Positions 1-13,000 of a DNA stretch of 64,000 nt are shown one piece after another. Location: positions 28,210,001 through 28,274,000 of the forward strand of contig CP158635.1 in assembly GCA_050273025.1 (NCBI GenBank), written 5' to 3'. The notes beneath the pieces were generated by a model, which saw only the letters and a program-made list of their open reading frames with translations, had not been told where the DNA came from and did not search any database. This stretch comes from Cenococcum geophilum. Lineage: Eukaryota. The position numbers and the translations under genes were made by a program. Positions within the stretch are counted from its first letter, which is position 1, and every line of letters begins with the position of its first letter.

Positions 1-503
1 AAACTAATGATTGTATGGTAGATTGCCTATATACGAATATTTCTGAAGTCACCCAAATGAGTGTTAAAATCAACGCTTAGCAATCAAAGGAGTGTTTAAA
101 TGTCCCCTCCAAGCTTTCTACTATCCTCTACCATTTGGTAAGTCCCCCTTCTGCTTCAATTACTGCCTGCAGGCGTGCAGGCCAATTGAAAGCGTAGTTT
201 CTTCTTTCTTTCTTCTACGCTCATTGGCTTACAAGGGACATTTGTCAAGCATCGAGTCTTGCAACGGGAAGGTCCAGCCTAGTTGGCAAGGTCTCCAAGG
301 AGGCTTGCAGCACGCCTGTGCAACTCAGCCGGCTGACACTCAGACTAACCGCCGCAAGACTGAGCGTTGCAGAACAATTATCCGCCCTCACCTCCCTACC
401 TCACACCACTGATTTCTTTTCGCTGTTATTTCATTCCTCGGCTCAATACTACGCGAGCAGAATGGTCCATTTCGACTCTCACAATCAACGACAATGGTAC
501 GAG

Positions 504-1906
504 ATGTCGTGGTCGTCGATGGTTTGGCTATCTGTTTTGCTTGCTCCGGTGGTGCTCGTTACCGGCCAGCAACAGTGCTATTTCGGACCTGGCGCGACGA
601 ACCGTGGTCCTCCAAACCTGGTGCCGTGCAATGGTACTGGGGCATCTACGTGTTGTCTGCTTGGCGATACCTGCTTGTCAGGAAATGCCTGCTACAACTA
701 TGCTACCGGCGACCTGTACCAGTATGGATGTACTGATATAACATATGAGGACGAGACATGTCCGTATAAATGCGGATGGAGCCCCAGTATACTGGTCCTG
801 TTCCTTTGTCCTACTGTACCGTAGCTAAGTTGAGGCAGCCTTATCACCGTGGACGGCTCTGGAATACTGCCTCGACCTCCAGGACACTGCCAATACATGG
901 GTCTGCCATGCGCCAGAAAGCTGCGGCTGCGAGTGGAACTCGACATATGACTTGCTGGTTCTTCAGCCGATTGGGTGTCAAGAGATGGGAAGCAATGCGA
1001 GAGTTGCTATATACGCTCCATCAACACTCGCACCCTATGTCTCGCTGCCGTCGACGATTGGTGGAAGCACTGGATACTACTCTACAACTATTATATCCGG
1101 AACTAGCACATGGGTGAGCACTGCGATTGCTGGATGTAAGGCTGAAATATACGAGACACGCAAGGCTCACGCTGACTTTGGATGCTTCCCTCCGTGTAGA
1201 CACTCCGTCATCATTCACTCAACTAACAACTTACCGCGCCGCGCCAACCTCTGCTGTACTGATTAACGAAGACCAAACTCCAGCGCCGTCAACTTACTCT
1301 CCGGCGAGGAGCTATACTCCTACGGCCACCGCGAGCGCCGCCGCATCGTCATATCCTTCCACGCCGAAGAACTATAGCCCGACGATGACATCTGGGACTA
1401 CGCCGACGCTCGCCACCTCAAATTCCACCACGCCATCTTCTGGCTTGTCAACTGGTGCCAAAGCCGGGATCGGCGTAGGTGTGGCCGCCGGCATATGTCT
1501 TTTCGCAGCATTAGGATGGATCATCTTCCTTATGGGAAAGCGTCACCGTGAACGCCGATTGCAGCAACCACAACCACAATATGGACAAGGACCGCAATAT
1601 CCACAAAGCCCACCTATGCCAACCGAAGGACTACAATATCCACAAGGGCCGCCAATGCAAGGTTCACACTGGACTCCGTATCTGGGGGGACCAACTCCAT
1701 ACCACGATGTTCCGGCGATGTACGTAGACGAGACGCGAGGAATGAAACCGCTATACTCTCCACCGGCCTCTCACCAGGCCTCACCGCCTGTAGAACTTTC
1801 TATAGATAATGAACGAAATATGCATGAGATGGGCTCAGATGTTTCTGCTGTCTCGCCGCCTACGCCTACTCCTGCATATGCGTATACCGAGAGACCACAG
1901 ATGTAG
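504..1906 (+). CDS. Cys-rich single-pass cell-surface protein (signal peptide, Cys-rich ectodomain, Ser/Thr stalk, TM helix, Pro/Gln/Tyr-rich tail; Mid2/Wsc-like architecture). Exons 504-786, 839-1135, 1200-1906
   Basis: The ATG at 504 gives a hydrophobic leader (MSWSSMVWLSVLLAPVVLVTG) and CCLLGDTCLSGNAC. Two GT..AG introns (787-838 with GCTAAG; 1136-1199 GTAAG..GCTGAC..TAG) join three ORF-track frames in phase. The TM segment GLSTGAKAGIGVGVAAGICLFAALGWIIFL is followed by basic KRHRERR. Confidence 0.85.
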
Positions 1907-2214
1907 TCAAAACGGGGGATGACAATTAATAGTGCTTACTCATGTTTGCAGTGTTCGCAGTGCGCTTCACACTCTGTCCTTAGTAATACCTTTGCAACCA
2001 CCTTAGATAGTTTAGTGCATTGCAATACATTGGGGCTCTCTTTCGGTTGGGTTCAGATGGCGAAAGCCGTGGGACTTGGAGAAAATCAGGTCGATACGCA
2101 CCCGTGCGGGCGAAGCTCCAGATTATCTCTGGAGCGCAGCATGGGATTTTATCTTAACGCTAATGGGCTGATTTTCCAGATTTCCTAGTGATTTAAATGC
2201 TTGTACCATCTTAT

Positions 2215-2543
2215 CCCTTAACCCGCCAACGTCCACAAAGTAAGTGGTCCCTGCGAATCACCAGGATCAGAACAACGCGGTAGGCTGTATAAATTTAATC
2301 AATACAAATCATCAACTATGCCTTCCAATTGCACTTCCAATGATATAGACCTTGTTCAGCCGACTCAATATAACGTTCAACCAAATCGTGTCTCAAAAAA
2401 GCCTCCTCCGGAGCCTTGGCCGTTGCCCGATTTCGAACCTCCCCACATCAGCTGTATATTCCTAAGCACGGCGATTTTAATGTATTGACTTAATTAGTAA
2501 ATCCTTATCAATAACCTGCGGACGAATTTTGGCAGGTTAAGGG
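2215..2543 (+). mobile_element. Mini (internally deleted) DNA transposon, piggyBac-like
   Basis: Inverted ends (TAT)CCCTTAACCCGCCAA at 2212-2229 and TTGGCAGGTTAAGGG(ATA) at 2529-2546. A short internal ORF from ATG 2318 (MPSNCTSNDIDLVQPTQYNVQPNRVSKKPPPEPWPLPDFEP) resembles, from memory, N-termini of fungal piggyBac-like ORFs. There is no canonical TTAA TSD. Confidence 0.5.
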
Positions 2544-2732
2544 ATACTCTATCAGCGGCCTTAGCGTTCAATACGCATTCCAAAGGGATTTATTAAGTGC
2601 GAAATATAACCAGCCTTATAGAGTAACCTTCAAAACCTTATCCACCTACTTTTTGGGCAATTTGAAGATTTGAGTGATGCGTCTAGCCACAAGTTGTGGA
2701 TTCGAATTTGGTGGGGGAAACCGTGCAATAGG

Positions 2733-3857
2733 TTATCTCATAAATCAGACCCCCGGGGAGAAATTGCGCTACGACGTGGAAGGACTAGTGCTACGCTTGC
2801 GGACCCTACCCTAGTCCTGTGGACTCCTGGACCAATCAGATCACACCGAGAGGAATTTCTCCCCGAGGGTCTAAGAGCTTATGGGCGCCCTTTATATGCA
2901 AACTCATTGTTTTTTATTAGGCGATAACTCTTCTATTACAACGCTATACCTTAACCCTTTTATAACGTCTAGTTATTATAAAAATACTATAAGGTAGAAG
3001 CTCTTTAGCTTCTCTATCTATTGCATTAAATAACAACGTCGTAGCTATATTACTCGGTTGGTTGTAAAACTCATCCATTGGTCGCAAAACTCGTCGGTCA
3101 CAAAACTTGTCGGTTAGTTTTTATCGCAATCTTGCCTTACTGCCAATACTTACGTACTTCTCTAGGTCTAATTATCCCTAAAATACTATAAGGTAAAAGC
3201 TCTTTGTCTTCTCTATCGCCTCTACGTTATAGCAATATTGTAGCTTTATTTTACGAGAAGTTAGACATAGGTAGTTAGTCAGTTTTGGTCTAGTTTTGTT
3301 ATAATTTTGCCTCACTGCCAAAACTTACGTACTTCTTTAAGTCTAATTGTCTCTAAAATACTACGAGGTAAAAGCTCTTTATCTTCTCTATCGCCTCTAC
3401 GTTATGGCAATATTATAGCTCTATTATATAAAAAGTTAGATATAGGCAGTCGGTTAAGTTTTTACGAAGATTCCGTTTAGAATCTCACTTACGTTTTACG
3501 ATAATATATCTCGCCCCTTAGTATTATAGATATAGGGTTATAGTATATATTTATAAAGATATAATTACCTAAAGAACCTATTACATCGATAAAATATATT
3601 ATAACTATTGTAGTTGGGGCGTAGTTCGTAGAAAAGGACAAAATTTAATTTTTAAAACATTTATTTCGCACTAAAGCGACGCCTATAAGCTCTTAAATGC
3701 TCTATAGAAGATTTTGTTAGGTAATAGGGGTATATAAGGGGCTGAAATTAGTACGTAGTTCTAATTAGTCTAAGAGTTAGTAGTAGTTTTAGAGGGTTTA
3801 TATATTATCATATATTACAGAACAAATCTTTTACAAAGCGTCTAATTTATAAAATAA
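2733..3857. mobile_element. Unclassified non-autonomous DNA element with compound termini (copy 1)
   Basis: TSD GCAATAGG (2725-2732) / GTAATAGG (3858-3865). Outer IR TTATCTCATAAAT / ATTTATAAAATAA. Self-inverted modules at 2746-2873 and 3694-3844. Inner IR AGAGCTTATGGGCGCC / GACGCCTATAAGCTCT. Confidence 0.75.
2975..3460. repeat. Tandem repeat, ~176-199 bp unit, about 2.5-3 copies
   Basis: AAAATACTAYRAGGTARAAGCTCTTT recurs at about 2981, 3180 and 3356, and the downstream similarity continues. Confidence 0.85.
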
Positions 3858-5119
3858 GTAATAGGTAAGACTGTATATAAGGTAGTATATAAATAGGGTA
3901 GTAGTAGTCTTAAAGTCTTAGCCCTTAGTATAAGTTGCCGCTTAAAACAGCGGCCAACCCATCTAAAAACGGAGGTAAATGTCCCTAGATATAGATTTAC
4001 TATAGTAAAATGTATCCGGGATAGATACAGTTCGCCAATAGTTAGCGGTCGTTGGCTATAAATAACCTACTAAAGTACCTCTTTGCAAGCAACTCTACTA
4101 AAGAAAGCGGGTTAAGCGGCCGTTTAACTAACTATATTATTGAAATAAAATACCTTATATAAATTATTTAAGACTAGAATTTCTTTATAGCATAGTATAC
4201 TGCCCTAAAATTTCTTTTAGAGTTAACCCGTATAGCGCTAAGGATAGCTTTAACCGTTAAAGCGAGTGCAGTCTTTAGCTCCTTGCCTTTTTATAAAGGA
4301 TTTTCTTTTAAATATATTCTTAGATTCTAATCCTTCGCTATTCTATACAATTTTTTATTTATACTAATATCCCTTACTAGTTTATCTCCACTTTCTATAT
4401 TTTATTAGAAATATATTACCTATCTTATTATATCTATACCTATATCTATTCCGCCTAGGTACTATTTATTAAGTATATAAAGGCGTAAAACGACATCACT
4501 AAGTAGTATAAGACGTTTGTTTCCTTCCGTTAGCCCTTTAATATTAGATTATAATTTAAAAGCACCTATTATAAGAAAAAAAATCCGTAACTTGCATATA
4601 TATAACGGGAAACGTAACGTACTATTAATTAGAAGACTAAAAAATAAAAAATAATAATAACTTTAACTCATTATAAGAGACTCTAGAGCCTTACTATATA
4701 CACTAAATAGGTAATAAAGACTAACGTTAATACTAACGTCGATTTAAAACTATTACCTTATTACTACTTAATTAACATTACTAATAGGTAATAAAAAGGC
4801 AATAGAAATAGTATAAAGTTATAAGGTAATAAGCAACTAAAACAGAAATAGAATAATTATTAAAATCTAACTAAGTCCTAGCCACGTATAGCGGATTTAG
4901 CTTAAGTACCTATCGGAACATTAATCACGTGACGTAGTCACGGGACTACAAAGCGAGACTAACTGTCTGACCTTAGAGCAACCCCTTTCTTCTAAACAAC
5001 AATAAACTACCAACTTCAATACCGCATACGTACCACTACGAGTGATATTCGTGCACGTTAATAAAGCGAGTATATTAACACTAATCAGTAGACGTACAGA
5101 TTAGGAAATACGCAATAGC

Positions 5120-5430
5120 AAAGCTTAAAACCACGCATTAGCTTAACTGCTAACGCGTTAAATCGCAGAGCTATCGCCCTATTTTAGTTAAAGGAGAAAA
5201 CTACGTTACCCTCAAAGCTTAAAACCACGTATTAGCTTAACTGCTAACGCGTTAGATCGCCTAGAGAACCATATCTTTACTCAGAGAGAGCTATATTATC
5301 CTTAAAGCTCGAGACTATATATTAGCTCGCTAATACATTAGATTGCCTAGAGGACCCTTAAAGCTTAAAACCACGTATTAACTTAACTGTTAACGCGTCA
5401 GATCGCCTAGAGGACCATATCTTTGCTAAG
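5120..5430 (+). repeat. Tandem repeats in the 5' leader of Copia A
   Basis: AAGCTTAAAACCACGYATTAGCTTAACTGCTAACGCGTTARATCGC recurs at about 5121, 5215, 5305 (degenerate) and 5360. Confidence 0.8.
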
Positions 5431-8400
5431 AATTATCTACAGTATCCAAAAACTATAAATTCGTTAATAGGACACGTACACACCTTCACACTCTTACTTT
5501 AACACTTAAATAACGACCTACCCTTATACCTACCCTTATACCTACAACTATGGCATAAACGGAGGAAGAATAGGCCGTAATAGCCAGTAAATACGGATAC
5601 GGAATTAATGCAGATAAGGCTACAAAGGATAAACTAGTAGAGTTTATATAGACAATAATATACCTAACATAAGACCTTACGGATAATAACTTATGGACCA
5701 TCTTTTAAGAGCAGTTTAAAGGGTTTACAGTAGAGAACTTTAAGAAGATACGCACAGATACTAGATCTAAGCTATAAAAACATCTCCTTAAAGGAGGTGT
5801 ATACGTAGGCAAACCTAGCAACAGAGTTACTATATCTAAACTATTATTTAAAGTTATACAATAAGAAGAGCTACATTAATAGACAGATAAGGAAATCATA
5901 GCAACTATTAAGGAGTTGGCAGAACCACTAGCTACAAAAGCACTATAAAATAGGTTAAACCACACTCGTAACGGTCTATCGGTTTAGCGCATAGCTATAG
6001 TTATAATACTACCTAGGTCTAGTACGCAAACACCCGTATTTATACCTCTAGCCCCACCACCAACTACTCCGCCAATTCCACCAGCTACTCCAATTACTGC
6101 ACTACCAGCTACTCCAATTGCTACCCCCGCTACCCCTACTACCCCTCTTGGTCCTTAATCCCCCAATTACAAACAAATCCACGCTCTTATCAACCAACTG
6201 CTATAGCTAAGAGAATAGTAACTACAGTAGCTACAGCAGCCGCAGCAACCGCAGCAGCTATATATATATACACCACCTAAACTAGCTGTGCCTAGTATAG
6301 AGCAAGGACCTAGATAAGGACCTAAATACAGTAAAGAGGTAGCTATAATTGTAAAGATCTACATAGACAACTAAAAGTACAATAGAGTTAGTGACAGCTT
6401 TAACTTTAAGTTAACCATCTTCTACAACATCTATAAGAGATCTGGCTTGCCACCAGAAGGCTATATAGTAGCATTCCCTAGCATACTAAAAGGGCTTGCT
6501 TAGGACCACTACTATAACAGCAACCTTAAGTTAAGACCTTTTACTAAAGCCTATAACCACATGCGATAGTTCTTTAAAGGGCTAAAATACTACTGTAAGA
6601 ACCTTATGGAGTGGAACAGTATAACCCTTTAAGAAGTTATAGACAAGAACCCTAATAAGTTAATCTATTAAAACTTCCAACTGCTTATAGACAAACTGCT
6701 AAAGTAACGTTATAGACTATACCTAGACTTCTATATAAACCGCATTCTTATAAATAAGTTAGTTACCGCTTGCCAGGGAGTACTAGTATGCCATATCGCT
6801 GTCTCTAACCCCTTAGAAGACCTTTTTTAGTTAATTAGCAAGCTATAATCCTCTATTATTACATGGAAAAAAGAACACCCCTTATAGGCCTTAATAAGAC
6901 CGTCTTACTAAGCCTTTTTTACGGATTAACGCTACTATTAAAATAACTAAAGTCGAGACCGAAACACTAATCGCTATAGCAGTAATCGCTCTTATAGAAC
7001 CAATAGCAGACTAAAGGCCAAGTGCTATATCTATAAGAAGGAGAACTGCCATTTGTGGAAACATATAGAGGAGGAGCGTAATCAGTCTAGAGATAACTAC
7101 AAGAGACGCTTTATTGATATTAAGGGCCGCAATAAGGGCAACTTTAACAACTACTTTAAGCAATACGTTGCTGCTTATAAAAGAGATAAAGATAACGATT
7201 TAGACTTTAAAGCCTATATATAAGACGCTAATAACTCTAGGAGCGATGCTAGAGAACCTAATAATAGTTCTACCTATATCACTACCTTTAGAACACTTAC
7301 TATGGAGAAAGTAACCTCTATAAGCGTAGAGCTAGCTAATAAGGCTTATACACACCTGCTTACGGCTTTAGAACTTACCATAAAGTCTACCACAGAACCT
7401 TACACGGAGACCGACCCATTTGCCTATAGTACGGCTACAGCTACAGCGTCACGATATACCTTAACGGTCTTTATAGGAATTATAATTAATACGGGTGCTT
7501 CGTGCAAGTCTACAGCTAGCTATAGTCAATTTTAAGCTCTATAGGCCGTAGACAAGTCTATAAGTCTTAATACGTTAACTAAGGGCTAAGTAACTGTCTA
7601 ATTCGGGATTAGAGCCTCTACGTCTATCGGAACTATAGACGTTAACAGCCCTATAAGTAAGGTATAATTCTACATCATTAAAGCAGATACTCCTTTCCTA
7701 CTTTGCTTAGCAGATATAAATAGACTCTATATTAAATACAATAACCTAAAAAACATTATCATCACTCGCACTAAAAAGGTGCCGGTAGTTAGACGATTTA
7801 GCCACCTATTTCTCCTATGGAGCTTCTCCCTACAGTCTTATTTAGTTAAGTCTTTCAATATAAACCCTTGCTACTTAACTAACGTAGAACTACAACGTCT
7901 ATACCGTCAATTTAGTCACCTATTAGTTAATAAACTGCAAAAGCTTCTTAATAAGGCTGGCTACGGCCACGACACTAATAGATCTACTATTAAAGAACTA
8001 ACTAGACTCTACTACCACTGCTAGAAGTTTAGCAGACCCCTAGGTAGATTTCGCTTTACCTTATAAGATAACATTAATTTTAATTATAATATCATTGTCA
8101 ATATTATATATATTAGCGGCTCCCCCCTACTATACGTAGTCAACGAAGTAACTTAATTTTAAGCTAGCAGATAGCTACGAGACATTAGCGCTAAGTATAC
8201 TTAGGACGTTCTTCAAATATACTAGATTAATAGCTATTTAGGACCACCAGACTTAATTACTACAAACGCTAGAAAGAACTTTATTAGTAAGGAGTTTAAG
8301 CACTATGTAGCTACTATAGGAGTAACCACAAAGTCGGTTCCAGTCGAATTACATAATTCTATTAAAATGGTAGAACGCTACCACGGCCCGCTATAACGAG

Positions 8401-10083
8401 CCTACCAAATCATTACAACTGAAATCCCTAAAATTAGTAAGGAGATAGCCCTACAAATGGCCTTTAAAGCCATTAATAACACGGCCGGCCCAAAAGGCCT
8501 AGTCCCTACACTCCTAGTCTTTAAAGCCTACCCCTAAATAGTCAAATTAGATGTACTATTACCTTTAGTTACACAACAAGCTGCGGCTATTAAGAAAGCA
8601 ATAGTAGAAATCTAGAAGCTATAAGCTAAACAACAGATCGCTGACGCTCTTAATATACAAAATGGACCACAAATTAACACTATTTACGGCCTTCCACCTA
8701 GTTCGCCTATCTTAGTTTAGAGAGAAGGCAATACTAGCTAAAGTGGTTATTGGGACGGACCATATATACTACTTACCGTTAACAGTAAGACCTATACCGT
8801 AAAGCTACCAAATAGGCCTACGACCTTCCGCTTTACGGTTATAAAACCTTACCTACTAAACCTATAAGACCCAGTTAAACCACAAGAGTCTACCGAATTA
8901 GATAAACTAGTACCTTTACTAGCCAAACCTTAATTGTTACCTAAGGCTAAACTATAGCTACCGCCAAAGCAAGGTAGAGGTCGCCCCTATAAATACTTAT
9001 TACTTACGGCCGTCGCAGATATAACTGTTATGGATGCTATAATAGATATAGACGCTTTTACGGGTAATATTGTGGATATTGTGGGTATTATAGATATCGC
9101 TATCTACTTACAGGACGATAATACCGCAGATATAGCTGGCACTACTATTTACTTATAGAATAATAGTAACACCTAATTTAGCGCTTTACGACAAAAGGAG
9201 GTTATAGGCCTACTTAAGAAAGGCGTCTTTAAGATTATTAAACTATATAATATACCAAAGGGGGTTAAACTCTTTAATTTACGGTTTATTAATAAGATTA
9301 AGAATAAGGAAACTAATAAAGCCTTTAAGAAATCACAACTCGTTATACAGGCCTATAATAACTTAGAGAAAGAGTTAGTTCTTACTTAGTTACTAATAAT
9401 TTAACAAGTTAGCCAGTAGCTAATTCTCTATATTACTACTATGCTACTATAGACATAACTCTACCTCTAAAACATCTTATAAGCCTACGTCCAGTCTACT
9501 ATAAACCTAAACTGTGAGTTTTATATACGACCACCATATAAGCTAAATAAATAATTGGGAATTAATATAGACTCCGTTTTAAAGGTTATAAAGCCACTTT
9601 ATAGAGTACCTAAAGCTAGAAACCACTGGTTTAAGACCTACTATTTATACTACGTTAATTAGCTGCGAATAAACCAGTCCACGTACAACCCTTACTTACT
9701 CTATAGCGATAAGCCTTTCGGAATTGTCGGCCTATAGACTAACAATACACTATTCCTTATAGATAATACCTTTATAGAGGCTAAACAAAGCGAACTATAT
9801 AAGGCTAAATTTATAGCTAAGGAGCGAGAGCAATTAACCGCTAATATACTAATTAAGTTTAACGGAGGACTTATTTAATTAATACAAGATAGAAGTATCA
9901 CGCTAACGCAAAAGCGCCAGTGTAAGAACCTTAGTATGGTTAACACTACGCTAGTAGATAGCACTAGCTCCAGAGGAGTTACGCGTGGCCTGCTTACGCT
10001 AAAGGACTAGTATATCGCTTAACGCGCTAGAGGCCTCATTTAACCTATTCTTTACTGCCCAAGTAATTAACCTAGTTAAAGAC

Positions 10084-13000
10084 TGTCGGGAATGGGGCAA
10101 GCGGTCGTCACGTGTCATTACGTGTCGCCGCGACACTACCGTAGCGAGGAACCTTAAGTTCCTTGCCCTTCCCCTTTTATAATATATAATAACAATTATT
10201 ATACTATCTACAAACCGTAGCTACGTGATATCCCCTTATAAGTCTAACACTAATCAGTGGTTAACTTTACAGTTATGCTATAGAATAGCTAGGTATTCAC
10301 CAAGAAGAGATAAGCTACTATATTAGTGCTACTTATACTAAGGGAAGCTGTCTTTTAAGGTTAGAACTGGTCCTAAACCTTAAATAGAACTCTTTTACAA
10401 ATCTAAGGATCTAAAGGCCAGAACTGGTCCTAAGCCTTCCCTAGATTATAGATTCTTGCGTCTATTACGTAGAATAACACGCTTTATAAGTCTTCGCGAT
10501 TTAAGGCCAGAACTAGTCTTAAGCCCTGTAATTGTAAATATACGTCACGAACGCGTACTAAATAACAATCCCTATACTACTAATATTCCCTTCCTCCGAA
10601 GATATAACTATGGCTACTTTAAATGACTAGAGAGACTCCTTACTACTAGGGGTAGCTATATACGCGAAACTTATTGATAAAGATTAGGACGTATTTATCT
10701 TTAATATAACAACCTATACCGTAAAATAAGTTAATAGCTTTTTTTTACACTATATTCTATTTTACTAAGATAGCTATTACGCCAATTTATAGTTATAGGA
10801 ATACTTTAGGGAGGATTTTGTAGGATAGACCGCCGACACCTAGGCACTTAGCAATGTTAATATTATTTAGGATTTTTGAGACTCCCTCTAAAGGAATGGG
10901 GTGTATATTACTGAGGACGGTAACCTAATTGTTAGTAATATTTACGCCGTTCTTACTAGTATAAAAGAACTAGTATAGATAGAAGCTAAGATTATATGTT
11001 AACTATGGAAACCTAAAACCAACCTATATTCTTTAGAAGGCAACTTTAATTTGGAATAAAACCCCCAAAACGCTACTCTCCTACTTAGAAGTACTCTACC
11101 ACCTAGAGGTGCTTTTCCTCTACCTTTATTATCTCTAACTCCTCTATCCTAGTTAACCGATAAGCCTCTATTTTAAGAAGTTACAAATTTAATAAAGGTA
11201 TATTTAGATAAAGAGAAAAAGTTTAGAGGAGAATTATATAATATACTCGGAGTAAAACTATAGGTCTTTTATAACTGCTGCAATAAGGTTAAAATTTAAC
11301 GCTATTAGTTCTATTATGCTTTCTCTATTATATTAAAGGGACGGGTAGCGATATTCTATTACGACTATATTATAGGTAAAAACTATAGCTTTAATATAAT
11401 GCTTTAGCTTACTAAAGCCTATTTTAAAACCGATAAGAACCGCTAACTCTATATATCTAAATGGCGGGAGACTATATTCTAGAGAGTTATCGCTTCTAAC
11501 CTAATAATAACTCGCCTAAAGTGCCTTTAACTACTCTTTAATAAACTCCAGAAAATCTAATATAGACTTACCAAAATTTACTAAAATAAGAACAGCCTAA
11601 GGGACTAGGTTATCTTAGCATGCTATAGCGTTTTTAAGTATAACTTGGCGCTATATAAACCTGCAGACACGTTTAAAGGAGTATATACCGAGCTACGCTC
11701 TGCTATAGGTACTGCAATGCGAATATAAGAATTTTAATAGCTCTATACTAAAAGCCTTACCTAACTAAGCGTTCCTAACTAATATAATTATAACTAGACT
11801 AATTAAATATATAGCGGCCGTGGTAGGGAATATGGTAAAGGGTATAATTAATATCAACTATAAAGTAATTGTAGAGGTCCTTATAGAGGTTTATTTTGGA
11901 ACAACCGTTAAAAAAAGTGCTATATTTATAAGAAGCTAAATTGCTAGTTAAATAGACACTCTCTTAATAAGCGAAAGAAGGCATATAATAAGTTCCAATA
12001 AAGTATAAGAAACGTCGGAAATTATAAGGTTATTATAGCCTACTTCCAAAGCTTTCTGGTTTAATATAAAGGTATAGAAGATCTTAAGGATAAGGTTAAT
12101 AAGGCCGAATAGCTCCTTATAGATATAGACATTAAGGACTACTCTCCCAACCAATACTTTACTAAGTATAGTAAGGTAAATAGTATACAAACCGTTGCTA
12201 TCCTTAATAACCAATTTACGTTCCATTCTGTCACAAAGTTAGATATCTTTAATAAGCTAAAGGAAAGTTCCGCGTTCTCCTTTAACAACAGATACTTGGC
12301 GAACGTCTTCTATAGTATTATGCTAGATACTAAAGCCGCGGGAGTATCTATAGTAGGAGAACCTTAAGTTTAAGCTCTTTAGCAGCTTAATAGCTCTGTT
12401 TAAATCGACTAATTAACGGCAGGCTAATATATAATTTGCTTTAATAAGGGTACTATAATCTCTCTCGGCACAATTAAGGTCCAAACCCTATTAGGATATA
12501 TTACTTTCCACATCATCCCCGCGAACACCCTGTTTCTATTCTACATCCAAGATATAAATAGATTAGGCGTTAAGCTTAATAACCTTAAGAATATGCTCGT
12601 TTAGGGAGATAATTAGGTGCCTATTGTACGCAAGTGGGGTTACCCTTAGTTACTCCTTTAACAGCTAGAAAGGAGCGTTGCTTAGAGTTACTTAACCGAG
12701 CCAGAGCTACGTTAACTACACCGTCATTTTAGCCACCCATCCATTCACCGACTACTTAGGGTTCTTTAGCGAGCAGGTTATAAAGTTAAGGTTAAGACGA
12801 TTAAGTATCTTATAAAGTACTACTATTACTGCCAAATAAACTAGAAGTCCCCTGGCCGATTTAAGTTTACCCTTAAAGATAACTATAACTTCAACTTCTG
12901 TATTATTATTAACATTATATACCTTAGCGGCAAGCTAGTACTCTAAGTTATTGACTTCTTAACCTTCTTTTAAGCCGCACGCTTCCTAAAGGATATATTA

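Noticed and set aside
4104..4136. Possible Tc1/mariner TIR end (AAAGCGGGTTAAGCGGCCGTTTAACTAACTATA)
   Set aside because: No convincing partner TIR was found in the window.
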